DNA of 24,000 bases from Microvirgula aerodenitrificans DSM 15089 (GTDB taxonomy: Bacteria > Pseudomonadota > Gammaproteobacteria > Burkholderiales > Aquaspirillaceae), in the NCBI RefSeq assembly GCF_000620105.1, contig NZ_KK211072.1, positions 28,275 to 52,274 of the forward strand. The letters are read 5' to 3'. Within the stretch, counting starts at the first letter, position 1. Each line of letters starts with the position of its first letter. This document shows positions 15,804-22,842 of the stretch, in pieces. The position numbers and the translations under genes are program-made. The notes beneath the pieces were generated by a model. It saw nothing but the letters and a program-made list of their open reading frames with translations. It did not search any database and was not told the origin of the DNA.

Positions 15804-18381
15804 CCAGCGCACTGCCCGCCAGCCGGCCGCGCGAACGCACCGCGACCAGCCGAAGGCGCCGTACTCCGCGCCGCGTGGTGGCAACCAGAAGCCGTTTGGC
15901 CGCCCGGAAGGGGAAGCGGGCCGTGGCGCGCCGCGCCAGGGCGGAGATCGCCCGGCCTACGGCGGCTCGCGTGATGACGACCGTCGTCCGTCCGGCCCGC
16001 GTGGCGAGGGCGGCTTCAGCCGTGGCCCGAAGCCGTTTGGCGACCGTGCGCCGCGCCAGGGCGGGGATCGTCCGGCCTATGGTGGCCCGCGCCAGGGGGG
16101 AGACCGTCCGGCGTTCGGTGGCCCGCGTGACGGCGGTGACCGTCGTCCGTCCGGCCCGCGTGGCGAGGGCGGCTTCAGCCGTGGCCCGAAGCCGTTTGGC
16201 GACCGTGCGCCGCGCCAGGGCGGGGATCGTCCGGCCTATGGTGGCCCGCGCCAGGGGGGAGACCGTCCGGCGTTCGGTGGCCCGCGTGACGGCGGTGACC
16301 GTCGTCCGTCCGGCCCGCGTGGCGAGGGCGGCTTCAGCCGCGGCCCGAAGCCGTTTGGCGACCGCGCACCGCGTCAGGGCAGTGACCGCCCGGCCTATGG
16401 CGGCCCGCGCGGTGATGGTGATTTCAACCGTGGTCCGAAGCCGTATGGCGACCGTCCGCCGCGTCAGGGCGGTGACCGCCCGGCCTATGGTGGCCCGCGT
16501 GACGGCGGCGACCGCCGTCCGTCCGGCCCGCGTGGCGACAGTGATTTCAACCGGGGTCCGAAGCCGTATGGCGACCGTCCGCCGCGTCAGGGCGGTGACC
16601 GCCCGGCCTATGGTGGTCCGCGTGACGGCGGCGACCGTCGCCCGTCCGGCCCGCGCAGCGACAGCGGCTTCAGCCGTGGCCCGAAGCCGTATGGTGATCG
16701 TCCGCCGCGTCAGGGCGGCGACCGTCCGGCGTTCGGTGCTCCGCGTGACGGCGGCGACCGCCGTCCGTCCGGCCCGCGTGGCGACAGTGATTTCAACCGT
16801 GGTCCGAAGCCGTATGGCGATCGTCCGCCGCGTCAGGGCGGCGACCGTCCGGCGTTCGGTGCTCCGCGTGACGGCGGCGACCGCCGTCCGTCCGGCCCGC
16901 GCAGCGACAGCGGTTTCGGCCGTGGTCCGAAGCCGTTCGGTGACCGTGCACCGCGTCAGGGCGGGGATCGCCCGGCGTATGGTGGCCCGCGCGACGGCGG
17001 CGACCGCCGTCCGTCCGGCCCGCGTGGCGACAGTGATTTCAGCCGGGGTCCGAAGCCGTATGGCGATCGTCCGCCGCGTCAGGGCGGTGACCGCCCGGCC
17101 TATGCTGGTCCGCGTGATGGCGGCGACCGCCGTCCGTCCGGCCCGCGTGGCGACAGCGATTTCAACCGCGGTCCGAAGCCGTATGGCGACCGTCCGCCGC
17201 GTCAGGGCGGGGATCGCCCGGCCTATGCTGGCCCGCGTGACGGCGGCGACCGCCGTCCGTCCGGTCCACGTGGCGACAGTGATTTCAACCGCGGTCCGAA
17301 GCCGTATGGCGATCGTCCGCCGCGCCAGGGCGGCGACCGCCCGGCCTATGCTGGTCCGCGTGATGGCGGTGACCGCCGTCCGTCCGGCCCGCGCGACGGT
17401 GGCGACCGTCGCCCGTCCGGCCCGAAGCCGTTCGGTGGCGAAGGCAATGCCTATCGTGGCCCGAAGGCAGGCAATGGCGGACCGGCGGCAAGCCGCCCGG
17501 GCAGCTATCTGCCGGTGCTTCGTGCCAAGAAAATGCCGCAGCGCCATCTGTCGGGCAAGCTTGAGCAGAAAATGCTGAAGCTGCGCGAAACACGTATCGA
17601 CCCGAACAAGGGGCTGCACGAAATGCGCCTGCAGAAGGCGCTGGCACTGATGGGGCTGGGCTCGCGTCGCGACATGGACGAGATGATCACCCAGGGCCGC
17701 GTCAGCGTGAATGGCGAAGTGGCCGAACCGGGCACGCGCGTCGTGCCGGGTGACAAGGTGCGCGTCGATGGTCGCCAACTGGCCATCCGCTGGCCGGACC
17801 GCCTGCCGCGCGTCATTGTCTACCACAAGCAGGAAGGCGAAATCGTCACCCGTGACGACCCGGAAGGCCGGGTCACGGTGTTCGAGCGTCTGCCGCAGAC
17901 GCGCTCCAGCAAGTGGGTCGCCGTTGGCCGCCTCGACGTCAACACTTCCGGGCTGCTGATTTTCACCACCTCGGGTGAGCTGGCGAACCGGATGACGCAC
18001 CCGAGCTTTGAAGTCGATCGTGAATACGCCGTGCGCACACTGGGCGCGCTGACGCCGGATCAGATGAAGGAATCGACCCGGGACATCGAACTCGAGGACG
18101 GACCGGCGCGCTTCCAGTTCATCCGCGAGGAAGACGACAAGGAAGAAAGTGCGAACCACTGGTACCGTGTCGGCCTGCGCGAAGGGCGCAATCGTGAAGT
18201 CCGTCGTCTGTTCGAACACTTCGGCCTGACCGTCAGCCGCCTGATTCGTGTCCGCTTCGGCATCGTCACGCTGCCGTCGCGGCTCAAGCGCGGGCAGTTC
18301 TACGAACTCAATGAACTGGAAGTCGCCAAGCTGGTGCAGTGGGCCGGCCTGACGCTGGCCGGAACCAGCGACGACGCCTGA
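15781..18381 (+). CDS. rluB: 23S rRNA pseudouridine synthase RluB with a ~610-aa repeat-rich N-terminal extension
   Basis: The C-terminal ~250 aa form a canonical S4 domain ([31 protein letters not shown], from 17623) plus an RsuA/RluB catalytic domain ([29 protein letters not shown]). The ORF stays open in the same frame back to the ATG at 15781, which overlaps the scpB end by 23 nt. If the extension is not translated, the alternative starts are 17533 or 17623. Confidence 0.85.
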   Translation: MSKPKPSNQRTARQPAARTHRDQPKAPYSAPRGGNQKPFGRPEGEAGRGAPRQGGDRPAYGGSRDDDRRPSGPRGEGGFSRGPKPFGDRAPRQGGDRPAYGGPRQGGDRPAFGGPRDGGDRRPSGPRGEGGFSRGPKPFGDRAPRQGGDRPAYGGPRQGGDRPAFGGPRDGGDRRPSGPRGEGGFSRGPKPFGDRAPRQGSDRPAYGGPRGDGDFNRGPKPYGDRPPRQGGDRPAYGGPRDGGDRRPSGPRGDSDFNRGPKPYGDRPPRQGGDRPAYGGPRDGGDRRPSGPRSDSGFSRGPKPYGDRPPRQGGDRPAFGAPRDGGDRRPSGPRGDSDFNRGPKPYGDRPPRQGGDRPAFGAPRDGGDRRPSGPRSDSGFGRGPKPFGDRAPRQGGDRPAYGGPRDGGDRRPSGPRGDSDFSRGPKPYGDRPPRQGGDRPAYAGPRDGGDRRPSGPRGDSDFNRGPKPYGDRPPRQGGDRPAYAGPRDGGDRRPSGPRGDSDFNRGPKPYGDRPPRQGGDRPAYAGPRDGGDRRPSGPRDGGDRRPSGPKPFGGEGNAYRGPKAGNGGPAASRPGSYLPVLRAKKMPQRHLSGKLEQKMLKLRETRIDPNKGLHEMRLQKALALMGLGSRRDMDEMITQGRVSVNGEVAEPGTRVVPGDKVRVDGRQLAIRWPDRLPRVIVYHKQEGEIVTRDDPEGRVTVFERLPQTRSSKWVAVGRLDVNTSGLLIFTTSGELANRMTHPSFEVDREYAVRTLGALTPDQMKESTRDIELEDGPARFQFIREEDDKEESANHWYRVGLREGRNREVRRLFEHFGLTVSRLIRVRFGIVTLPSRLKRGQFYELNELEVAKLVQWAGLTLAGTSDDA
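15943..17436 (+). repeat. In-frame tandem repeat array inside rluB (12 units of 120, 159, 159, 90, 7 x 123 and 105 bp)
   Basis: Consensus 41-aa unit: [41 protein letters not shown]. Two 53-aa units carry one extra 12-aa GDRPAxGGPRxG module. Every unit length is a multiple of 3. I found no mismatch by eye between 16021-16179 and 16180-16338. Confidence 0.95.
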
Positions 18382-18387
18382 TCGTCT

Positions 18388-18420
18388 GCAGCGCCGCCGC
18401 GAGGGGGCGCTGCGTCTTTA
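18388..18420 (+). terminator. Candidate intrinsic terminator after rluB
   Basis: 8-bp stem (GCAGCGCC / GGCGCTGC) with a 10-nt loop, followed by GTCTTTAT. It begins 7 nt after the rluB stop. Confidence 0.45.
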
Positions 18421-18439
18421 TCCCTGGAGGAACAAGCCC

Positions 18440-18898
18440 ATGAACCGGTCCCGATGGATCGTTGCCGTCATGGCCTCGCTGCTTAGCGGTTTGCTGGTCG
18501 CCTGCGGTGGCAGTCCCGCGCAGGCGGAACCGGCTGCCGATACGGCGGCACTGCCGGCGCAGATCGCCGATACTGTGGATGTGGATGTGCTGAAGCAGGC
18601 GATGGTTGGCCGTTTCCGTGGCGAGTTGCCGTGCGCGGACTGCAGCGGCATCGACACCGACCTGACGCTGAATGCCGACATGAGCTACCAGCTGAGCGAA
18701 ACCTATCTCGGCAAGGGCAAGCCGTTCGTGTCGACCGGCAAGTGGAATGTGGTCGATGGCACGCGCAAGATCGAGATCGACTACGACAAGCCGGGTCAGG
18801 GCCGCTATTTCCAGCTGGCCGGCAAGCACTTGCAGATGCTGGACAGTGACGGCAATCCGGTCGACAGCAAGCTGAATTACACGTTGACGCGACAGTAA
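18440..18898 (+). CDS. Lipoprotein with an NlpE (CutF) N-terminal-like domain
   Basis: 152 aa with a signal peptide and lipobox (LLSGLLVAC-G). It has the LPCADCSGI C-x-x-C motif followed by a lipocalin-like beta region, as in the NlpE N-terminal domain. GGAGGA Shine-Dalgarno upstream. Confidence 0.8.
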   Translation: MNRSRWIVAVMASLLSGLLVACGGSPAQAEPAADTAALPAQIADTVDVDVLKQAMVGRFRGELPCADCSGIDTDLTLNADMSYQLSETYLGKGKPFVSTGKWNVVDGTRKIEIDYDKPGQGRYFQLAGKHLQMLDSDGNPVDSKLNYTLTRQ

Positions 18899-18911
18899 GC
18901 ACTGGCGCGTC

Positions 18912-18942
18912 CCGCCGCCTGCGTGCCGCTGGCGGCGGTTTT
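18912..18942 (+). terminator. Intrinsic terminator after the NlpE-like gene
   Basis: Stem CCGCCGCC / GGCGGCGG with an 11-nt loop, followed directly by TTTT. It lies 14 nt after the stop codon. Confidence 0.6.
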
Positions 18943-18982
18943 CCGCGTCGCCACGGCACGGGCCTTTCCCCCGGGTTCCGCC

Positions 18983-19543
18983 ATGAACAAAGCCTTTACC
19001 CAGGAAGATGACAACGAACAGGACGACGACCTGCCGGTCGAGCGTCAGTTGCCGCGTTCGGGCAAGAATTACATGACGCCAGGTGGCTGGCAGCGCATGA
19101 AGGACGAGCTGTACCACCTGGTACATCGGGAACGGCCGGAAGTCACCCAGATCGTCAACTGGGCGGCCGGCAATGGCGACCGTTCGGAGAATGGCGACTA
19201 CCTGTATGGCAAGCGCCGGCTGCGGGAAATCGACCGTCGCATCCGTTTTCTGACCAAACGGCTGGAAGTGGCCGAGGTGGTCGATCCGGAACGGCGCGAG
19301 CCGACCGACCAGATTTTCTTCGGCGCGACCGTCGTCATGCTGCGCGGCAACGGGCAGGAACAGACGGTCAGCATTGTCGGCGTCGACGAGATCGACGTGG
19401 CACGCGGCCATATCAGCTGGGTGTCACCGATTGCCCGGGCCCTGATCCAGGCACGCGAGGGAGACGAAATCCTGTTTCGCGGCCCTGACGGCGATGAGCA
19501 GATCGAGATCCTGGAAGTGCGCTACCAGCGCGTGGACCCCTGA
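18983..19543 (+). CDS. greB: Transcription elongation factor GreB
   Basis: 186 aa from the ATG at 18983. It has an acidic N-terminal tail, then a Gre coiled coil (NYMTPGGWQRMKDELYHL...ENGDYLYGKRRLREIDRRIRFL) and a C-terminal domain (ISWVSPIARALIQAREGDEI). The track's upstream start at 18923 adds only GC-rich leader. Confidence 0.9.
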   Translation: MNKAFTQEDDNEQDDDLPVERQLPRSGKNYMTPGGWQRMKDELYHLVHRERPEVTQIVNWAAGNGDRSENGDYLYGKRRLREIDRRIRFLTKRLEVAEVVDPERREPTDQIFFGATVVMLRGNGQEQTVSIVGVDEIDVARGHISWVSPIARALIQAREGDEILFRGPDGDEQIEILEVRYQRVDP

Positions 19544-19614
19544 GTTCATTGCGCGTAACCATCGTGCAGCGTCGCGTTCCGAAATGTAGTACCGGGGTTT
19601 TGGGTCAATTTTTG

Positions 19615-19623
19615 TGACATAAT
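19615..19623 (+). promoter_or_regulatory. Candidate extended -10 promoter element (TGaCATAAT) upstream of acyP
   Basis: Read directly. No good -35 hexamer. It would give a leader of about 195 nt before acyP. Confidence 0.25.
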
Positions 19624-19825
19624 TGCGCCCAGTGATGACCGTTGGACGGTCCGCGGACCGGTTCCGCTCCGCCCTGTCCAGATTGCCCCGTGCCTGCCCG
19701 TATCCGCTGTGTGCCCTGTCTCGCCCGTCGACGCGTTCCGCGACGGCGGGCTTTCGTGCGCCCGGACCCTGCCGGTCAGGGGCAACTGGCGGTTGTCCAA
19801 TGACAACCTCAGAGGAAATCGAAAA

Positions 19826-20104
19826 ATGAACTCCAAGTTGCTGCGCATCCACGGCAAGGTCCAGGGGGTGTACTACCGGGACAATGCGGTGGCCCAGGCG
19901 GGCGAGCTCGGTGTCACGGGCTGGGTGCGCAATCGGCATGACGGCACGGTCGAAGCGCTGGTTTGCGGCGCGACCGAAGCGGTCGAGGCATTCATCAACT
20001 GGGCGCACAGCGGTCCCGCCGACGCCCGGGTCGACAAGATCGAACTGACCGACGGCAGCCAGCACGGCATGCCGCTGGCGTTCGAGCGCTGGCCGACGCG
20101 CTGA
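19826..20104 (+). CDS. acyP: Acylphosphatase
   Basis: 92 aa from the ATG at 19826, with AGAGGA upstream. IHGKVQGVYYRDNAVAQAGELGVTGWVRNRHDGTVEA matches the acylphosphatase signatures (V-x-G-x-V-Q-G-V-x-F/Y-R and G-W-V-x-N). Confidence 0.9.
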   Translation: MNSKLLRIHGKVQGVYYRDNAVAQAGELGVTGWVRNRHDGTVEALVCGATEAVEAFINWAHSGPADARVDKIELTDGSQHGMPLAFERWPTR

Positions 20105-20202
20105 CACGCATTCTTCAGGTATTGCATCCGGTTTGATCTCCTTTTATGACGTACGCTTGTGTTGCATCGCTGATGAATATGGATTGGGCGCTTAAGCTTG
20201 GC

Positions 20203-20231
20203 TTGAGAATTCAACAGGGATGCCGAATATT
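20203..20231 (+). promoter_or_regulatory. Candidate sigma-70 promoter (TTGAGA-17 nt-AATATT)
   Basis: Hexamers at 20203-20208 and 20226-20231 with 17-nt spacing, inside a lower-GC spacer that has no convincing ORF. This is sequence resemblance only. Confidence 0.3.
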
Positions 20232-20393
20232 GTGACCGTCCAGGGGATCAGCTGGAATGGCAGTGATGTCACGGTGCCGCACCGGGTGAGAACATGGTGC
20301 ACGAGCGGATGCGCCCAGGTCATTGATAAATCTGCCGTATCGAGTGCTGGCACCACCCGGCGAAATACGGTACGGGAGTCATCGTGAAACAGC

Positions 20394-20428
20394 AAACCGG
20401 CGGCATGACTCCGCCGGTTTGTGTTTTT
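20394..20428. terminator. Strong hairpin terminator between acyP and the UPF0016 gene (bidirectional geometry, better on the + strand)
   Basis: 10-bp stem (AAACCGGCGG / CCGCCGGTTT) with a 7-nt loop. On the + strand it is followed by GTGTTTTT. On the - strand it lies 19 nt after the UPF0016 stop and is followed by GCTGTTTC. Confidence 0.7.
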
Positions 20429-20438
20429 CCGCAGCAGA

Positions 20439-21008
20439 TCAGGCCGCCGCCATCCCCATGGCCGCCGCAATGCCGAGTCCCGCGAACAGACAGGCCGAGA
20501 CGATGTGCACGGCGCGGGTCGGCAGGACATTGGCTGCCTTGTGGCCGATCCAGACCGCCGGCGCATTGGCCAGCATCATGCCGACCGTGGTGCCGGCGAC
20601 GACGGCGAACAGCGCGTCGTACTTGGCGGCCAGCATCACCGTCGCGATCTGGGTCTTGTCACCCATTTCGGCCATGAAGAAGGCGATCACGGTCGCGGTA
20701 AACACGCCGGCGCCATCACGGATGCGGATTTCGTCCTCGTCGATCTTGTCGGGAATCAGCATCCAGACGGCCATGCCGACAAACGACGCGACCAGTACCC
20801 AGCGCAGGACGTCCGGGGAAACCAGCGTGACCAGCCACGCGCCCAGACTGCCGGCGATGGCGTGATTGACAATGGTGGCGACAAAGATGCCGGCGACGAT
20901 AGGCAGCGGTTTGCGGAAACGGGCGGCGAGCAGCAAGGCCAGCAACTGGGTCTTGTCACCGATTTCGGCCAGCGCGACGACGCCAGTGGAGATGAAGAAT
21001 GCGGACAT
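20439..21008 (-). CDS. UPF0016 / GDT1-TMEM165 family cation (probable Mn2+/Ca2+) transporter
   Basis: 189 aa with six TM segments. The family's E-x-G-D-K-T motif occurs twice (LAEIGDKTQLLAL and MAEMGDKTQIATV). Confidence 0.9.
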   Translation of the reverse strand: MSAFFISTGVVALAEIGDKTQLLALLLAARFRKPLPIVAGIFVATIVNHAIAGSLGAWLVTLVSPDVLRWVLVASFVGMAVWMLIPDKIDEDEIRIRDGAGVFTATVIAFFMAEMGDKTQIATVMLAAKYDALFAVVAGTTVGMMLANAPAVWIGHKAANVLPTRAVHIVSACLFAGLGIAAAMGMAAA

Positions 21009-21077
21009 GTGGAGTTCCCGAGGCTCGATACGACACCATGATCGCGCGTCGCCCGAGCCTCGAAAGAGAGCGGACGG

Positions 21078-21200
21078 CGATCATGGGTCTTGCCGCGAAA
21101 AGTCTGTGCTTTCCGTCGCGTGCCACGGCCTGTCGGCCAAGTCTGTTGACACGCGCCCCCGCTGTGCTGCCGCGGGCCGGCTACTCCCCCAGGACTGGGT
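21078..21200 (-). promoter_or_regulatory. yybP-ykoY (Mn2+-sensing) riboswitch aptamer in the 5' leader of the UPF0016 transporter gene
   Basis: The minus strand reads ...CCUGGGGGAGUAGCC...GUGUCAACAGAC...CGCGGCAAGACCCAUGA. The class-defining GGGGAGUAG (21189-21181), GUCAAC-A-AC (21150-21141) and CAAGACC (21092-21086) motifs occur in the correct order and spacing. UGGG/CCCA closes P1. UPF0016 genes are, as I recall, a documented downstream gene class for this riboswitch. No covariance-model score could be computed. Confidence 0.75.
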
Positions 21201-21230
21201 GCCCGGCAGAACCGGGCGAGAAGAGCGCGC

Positions 21231-21260
21231 ATTCTAGCGGCAGGGTGCGGGCGGCGTAAA
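21231..21260 (-). promoter_or_regulatory. Candidate sigma-70 promoter for the riboswitch/UPF0016 transcript (TTTACG-18 nt-TAGAAT)
   Basis: Hexamers on the minus strand at 21260-21255 and 21236-21231. The predicted start is about 30 nt upstream of the aptamer. Confidence 0.4.
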
Positions 21261-21288
21261 GCCCCCGGCCGGCGATGCCGCGCGAAGC

Positions 21289-21319
21289 TTGCCGGGCGTG
21301 GCTGCCGCATGCCTATAAT
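21289..21319 (+). promoter_or_regulatory. Candidate serA promoter (TTGCCG-19 nt-TATAAT)
   Basis: Perfect TATAAT at 21314-21319. The -35 is weak and over-spaced. Confidence 0.35.
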
Positions 21320-21364
21320 CCCGAGTAAATAAGTCGGAATTCATTGCACAGGAGTTCATGCGTC

Positions 21365-22594
21365 ATGGCCAGATATTCGCTCGACAAAGACAAGATCCGC
21401 ATCGTCCTGCTCGAAGGCGTGCACCAGAACGCGGTCGACGCGTTGCTGGCGGATGGCTACACCAATATCGTGCGTCATGCCAAGTCGCTGTCCGGCGACG
21501 CGCTGGCGGAAGCGGTCGCCGATGCACACATGGTCGGCATCCGTTCGCGTACCCAGCTGACCGACGCCGTTTTCGGTTCGGCGAAAAAGCTGATGGCGGT
21601 TGGCTGCTTCTGCATCGGCACCAACCAGGTCGATCTGGACGCCGCCGCCAGGCGTGGTGTCCCGGTGTTCAATGCCCCGTTCTCCAACACCCGCTCGGTG
21701 GCGGAACTGGTGATCGCGGAAACCATCATGCTGATGCGCGGCATTCCCGAGCGCAGCGCGCTGGCGCATCGCGGCGGCTGGCTGAAATCGGCCGATGGCA
21801 GTTACGAGGTGCGCGGCAAGACGCTGGGCATCATCGGCTACGGCCATATCGGCACCCAGACCGGCATCCTGGCCGAGAGCCTCGGCATGCGGGTGATCTA
21901 CCATGATGTCGAAACCAAGCTGCCGCTGGGCAATGCGCAGCCGGCTGCATCGCTGGCGGCACTGCTGGCGGCGGCCGACGTGGTCACGCTGCACGTGCCG
22001 GAAACCCGCGAAACGCAGAACATGATCGGTGCGCCCGAACTGGCGGCGATGAAGGCCGGCGCCAAGCTGATCAATGCCTCGCGCGGCACGGTAGTCGACA
22101 TCGATGCGCTGGCGGCGGCACTCAATGCCGGTCACCTGTCCGGTGCGGCGATCGATGTGTTCCCGGCCGAGCCGAAGGGCAATGACGACGAATTCCTCAG
22201 TCCGCTGCGCGGACTCGACAACGTGATCCTGACTCCGCATATCGGCGGCAGCACGGTCGAGGCGCAGGCCAATATCGGCGCCGAAGTTGCTGCCAAGCTG
22301 ATCCGCTACTCGAACAACGGCTCGACGCTGAGCGCGGTGAACTTCCCGGAGGCATCGCTGCCGGCGCATCCGGGCACCGCGCGGCTGCTGCATATCCACG
22401 AGAACCAGCCCGGCGTGCTGGCCGCCATCAACGAGACCTTCGGCCGGCTGGGCATCAATATCTCGGCCCAGTACCTGCAAACCACGCCGACGCTCGGCTA
22501 TGTCGTCATCGACACCGACAGCCCGGCGCCGGAAGCGGCGGTCGAGGCACTGTCGGCGGTGCCGGGCACCATCCGCTGCCGGGTGGTGTACTGA
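21365..22594 (+). CDS. serA: D-3-phosphoglycerate dehydrogenase SerA (with C-terminal ACT domain)
   Basis: 409 aa from the ATG at 21365. MARYSLDKDKIRIVLLEGVHQNAVDAL... aligns from residue 1 with my recollection of E. coli SerA (MAKVSLEKDKIKFLLVEGVHQ...). It also has CFCIGTNQVDLDAAARRGVPVFNAPFSNTRSVAELV and the NAD motif GIIGYGHIG. The track's TTG start at 21344 adds 7 unsupported residues. Confidence 0.95.
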   Translation: MARYSLDKDKIRIVLLEGVHQNAVDALLADGYTNIVRHAKSLSGDALAEAVADAHMVGIRSRTQLTDAVFGSAKKLMAVGCFCIGTNQVDLDAAARRGVPVFNAPFSNTRSVAELVIAETIMLMRGIPERSALAHRGGWLKSADGSYEVRGKTLGIIGYGHIGTQTGILAESLGMRVIYHDVETKLPLGNAQPAASLAALLAAADVVTLHVPETRETQNMIGAPELAAMKAGAKLINASRGTVVDIDALAAALNAGHLSGAAIDVFPAEPKGNDDEFLSPLRGLDNVILTPHIGGSTVEAQANIGAEVAAKLIRYSNNGSTLSAVNFPEASLPAHPGTARLLHIHENQPGVLAAINETFGRLGINISAQYLQTTPTLGYVVIDTDSPAPEAAVEALSAVPGTIRCRVVY

Positions 22595-22617
22595 CCGCGT
22601 CGTGACCGGTGCATGAA

Positions 22618-22649
22618 CAGACGCCCCCGTGATGAACGGGGGCGTTCTG
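22618..22649 (+). terminator. Hairpin immediately after serA (candidate terminator)
   Basis: 10-bp stem (ACGCCCCCGT / ACGGGGGCGT) with a 5-nt loop, starting about 25 nt after the serA stop. It is followed by only TTCTGG, a poor U-tract. Confidence 0.45.
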
Positions 22650-22663
22650 GACTGACCATCACC

Positions 22664-22817
22664 CCTTGCCTGAGAAGACCGGACGAGCGAAGCGAGGTTT
22701 CCCCGCGGCGGCGGGGACGGAAGGGGCAGGGCTCAATCAGGCAGACTGCCGTGCCCATGACGGATTCTGTCAGTCGGGCGTGCACCGACGCCACTGCAAC
22801 CGTCGGTGCCCACCTTT
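22664..22817 (+). repeat. Structured intergenic element, copy 1 of a tandem pair (period 179 bp)
   Basis: 22680-22817 is identical base for base to 22859-22996 (138 bp). The 16 bp to the left match 12/16. Internal hairpins: CCCCGC-ggcg-GCGGGG (22701-22716), GGCA-gac-UGCC, and GCACCGACG-10 nt-CGTCGGTGC (22782-22809) followed by CCACCTTT. Confidence 0.9.
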
Positions 22818-22842
22818 AATCAGCAGTCAGACCGTCCATAGA

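Noticed and set aside
15703-18219. 838-aa minus-strand ORF and a 567-aa +2-frame ORF (15875..17578) spanning the rluB repeat array
   Set aside because: These are shadow frames kept open by the GC-rich, stop-poor repeats. Their products are monotonous Ala/Arg/Thr/Val strings. Synonymous variation between units fits only the 15781 frame, which also continues into a bona fide RluB catalytic domain.
19709-19825. GTG-initiated 39-aa N-terminal extension of acyP
   Set aside because: Acylphosphatases are ~90-aa single-domain proteins. The ATG at 19826 has a proper ribosome-binding site, and the extension has no coding character.
20191-20212. Polylinker-like cluster of CTTAAG, AAGCTT and GAATTC within 22 bp in the lower-GC spacer
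   Set aside because: There is no flanking vector-like sequence, and the surrounding genes are contiguous native chromosome. Three AT-rich hexamers in an AT-richer spacer are compatible with chance.
19873-20214. Minus-strand ORF (113 aa) with a strong AAGGAG-9 nt-ATG (ATG at 20124) reading antisense into acyP
   Set aside because: Despite the good ribosome-binding site, the product is Ser/Thr/Ala/Pro-rich with no motifs. It is entirely antisense to a conserved gene, so I treat it as a shadow ORF. It is flagged only because of the Shine-Dalgarno.
22740-22756. Sigma-54 promoter-like GGGCACGGCAGTCTGCC on the minus strand of each tandem element (also at 22919..22935)
   Set aside because: The GG-to-GC spacing is one nucleotide longer than the strict -24/-12 spacing (TGGCAC-N5-TTGC), and the -12 element is CTGC. 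No gene lies downstream in that orientation.
22790-22796. GCCACTG, resembling the cobalamin-riboswitch B12 box, in the loop region of the element's terminal hairpin
   Set aside because: None of the other conserved cobalamin-riboswitch segments are present. The element sits between convergent gene ends with nothing to regulate.
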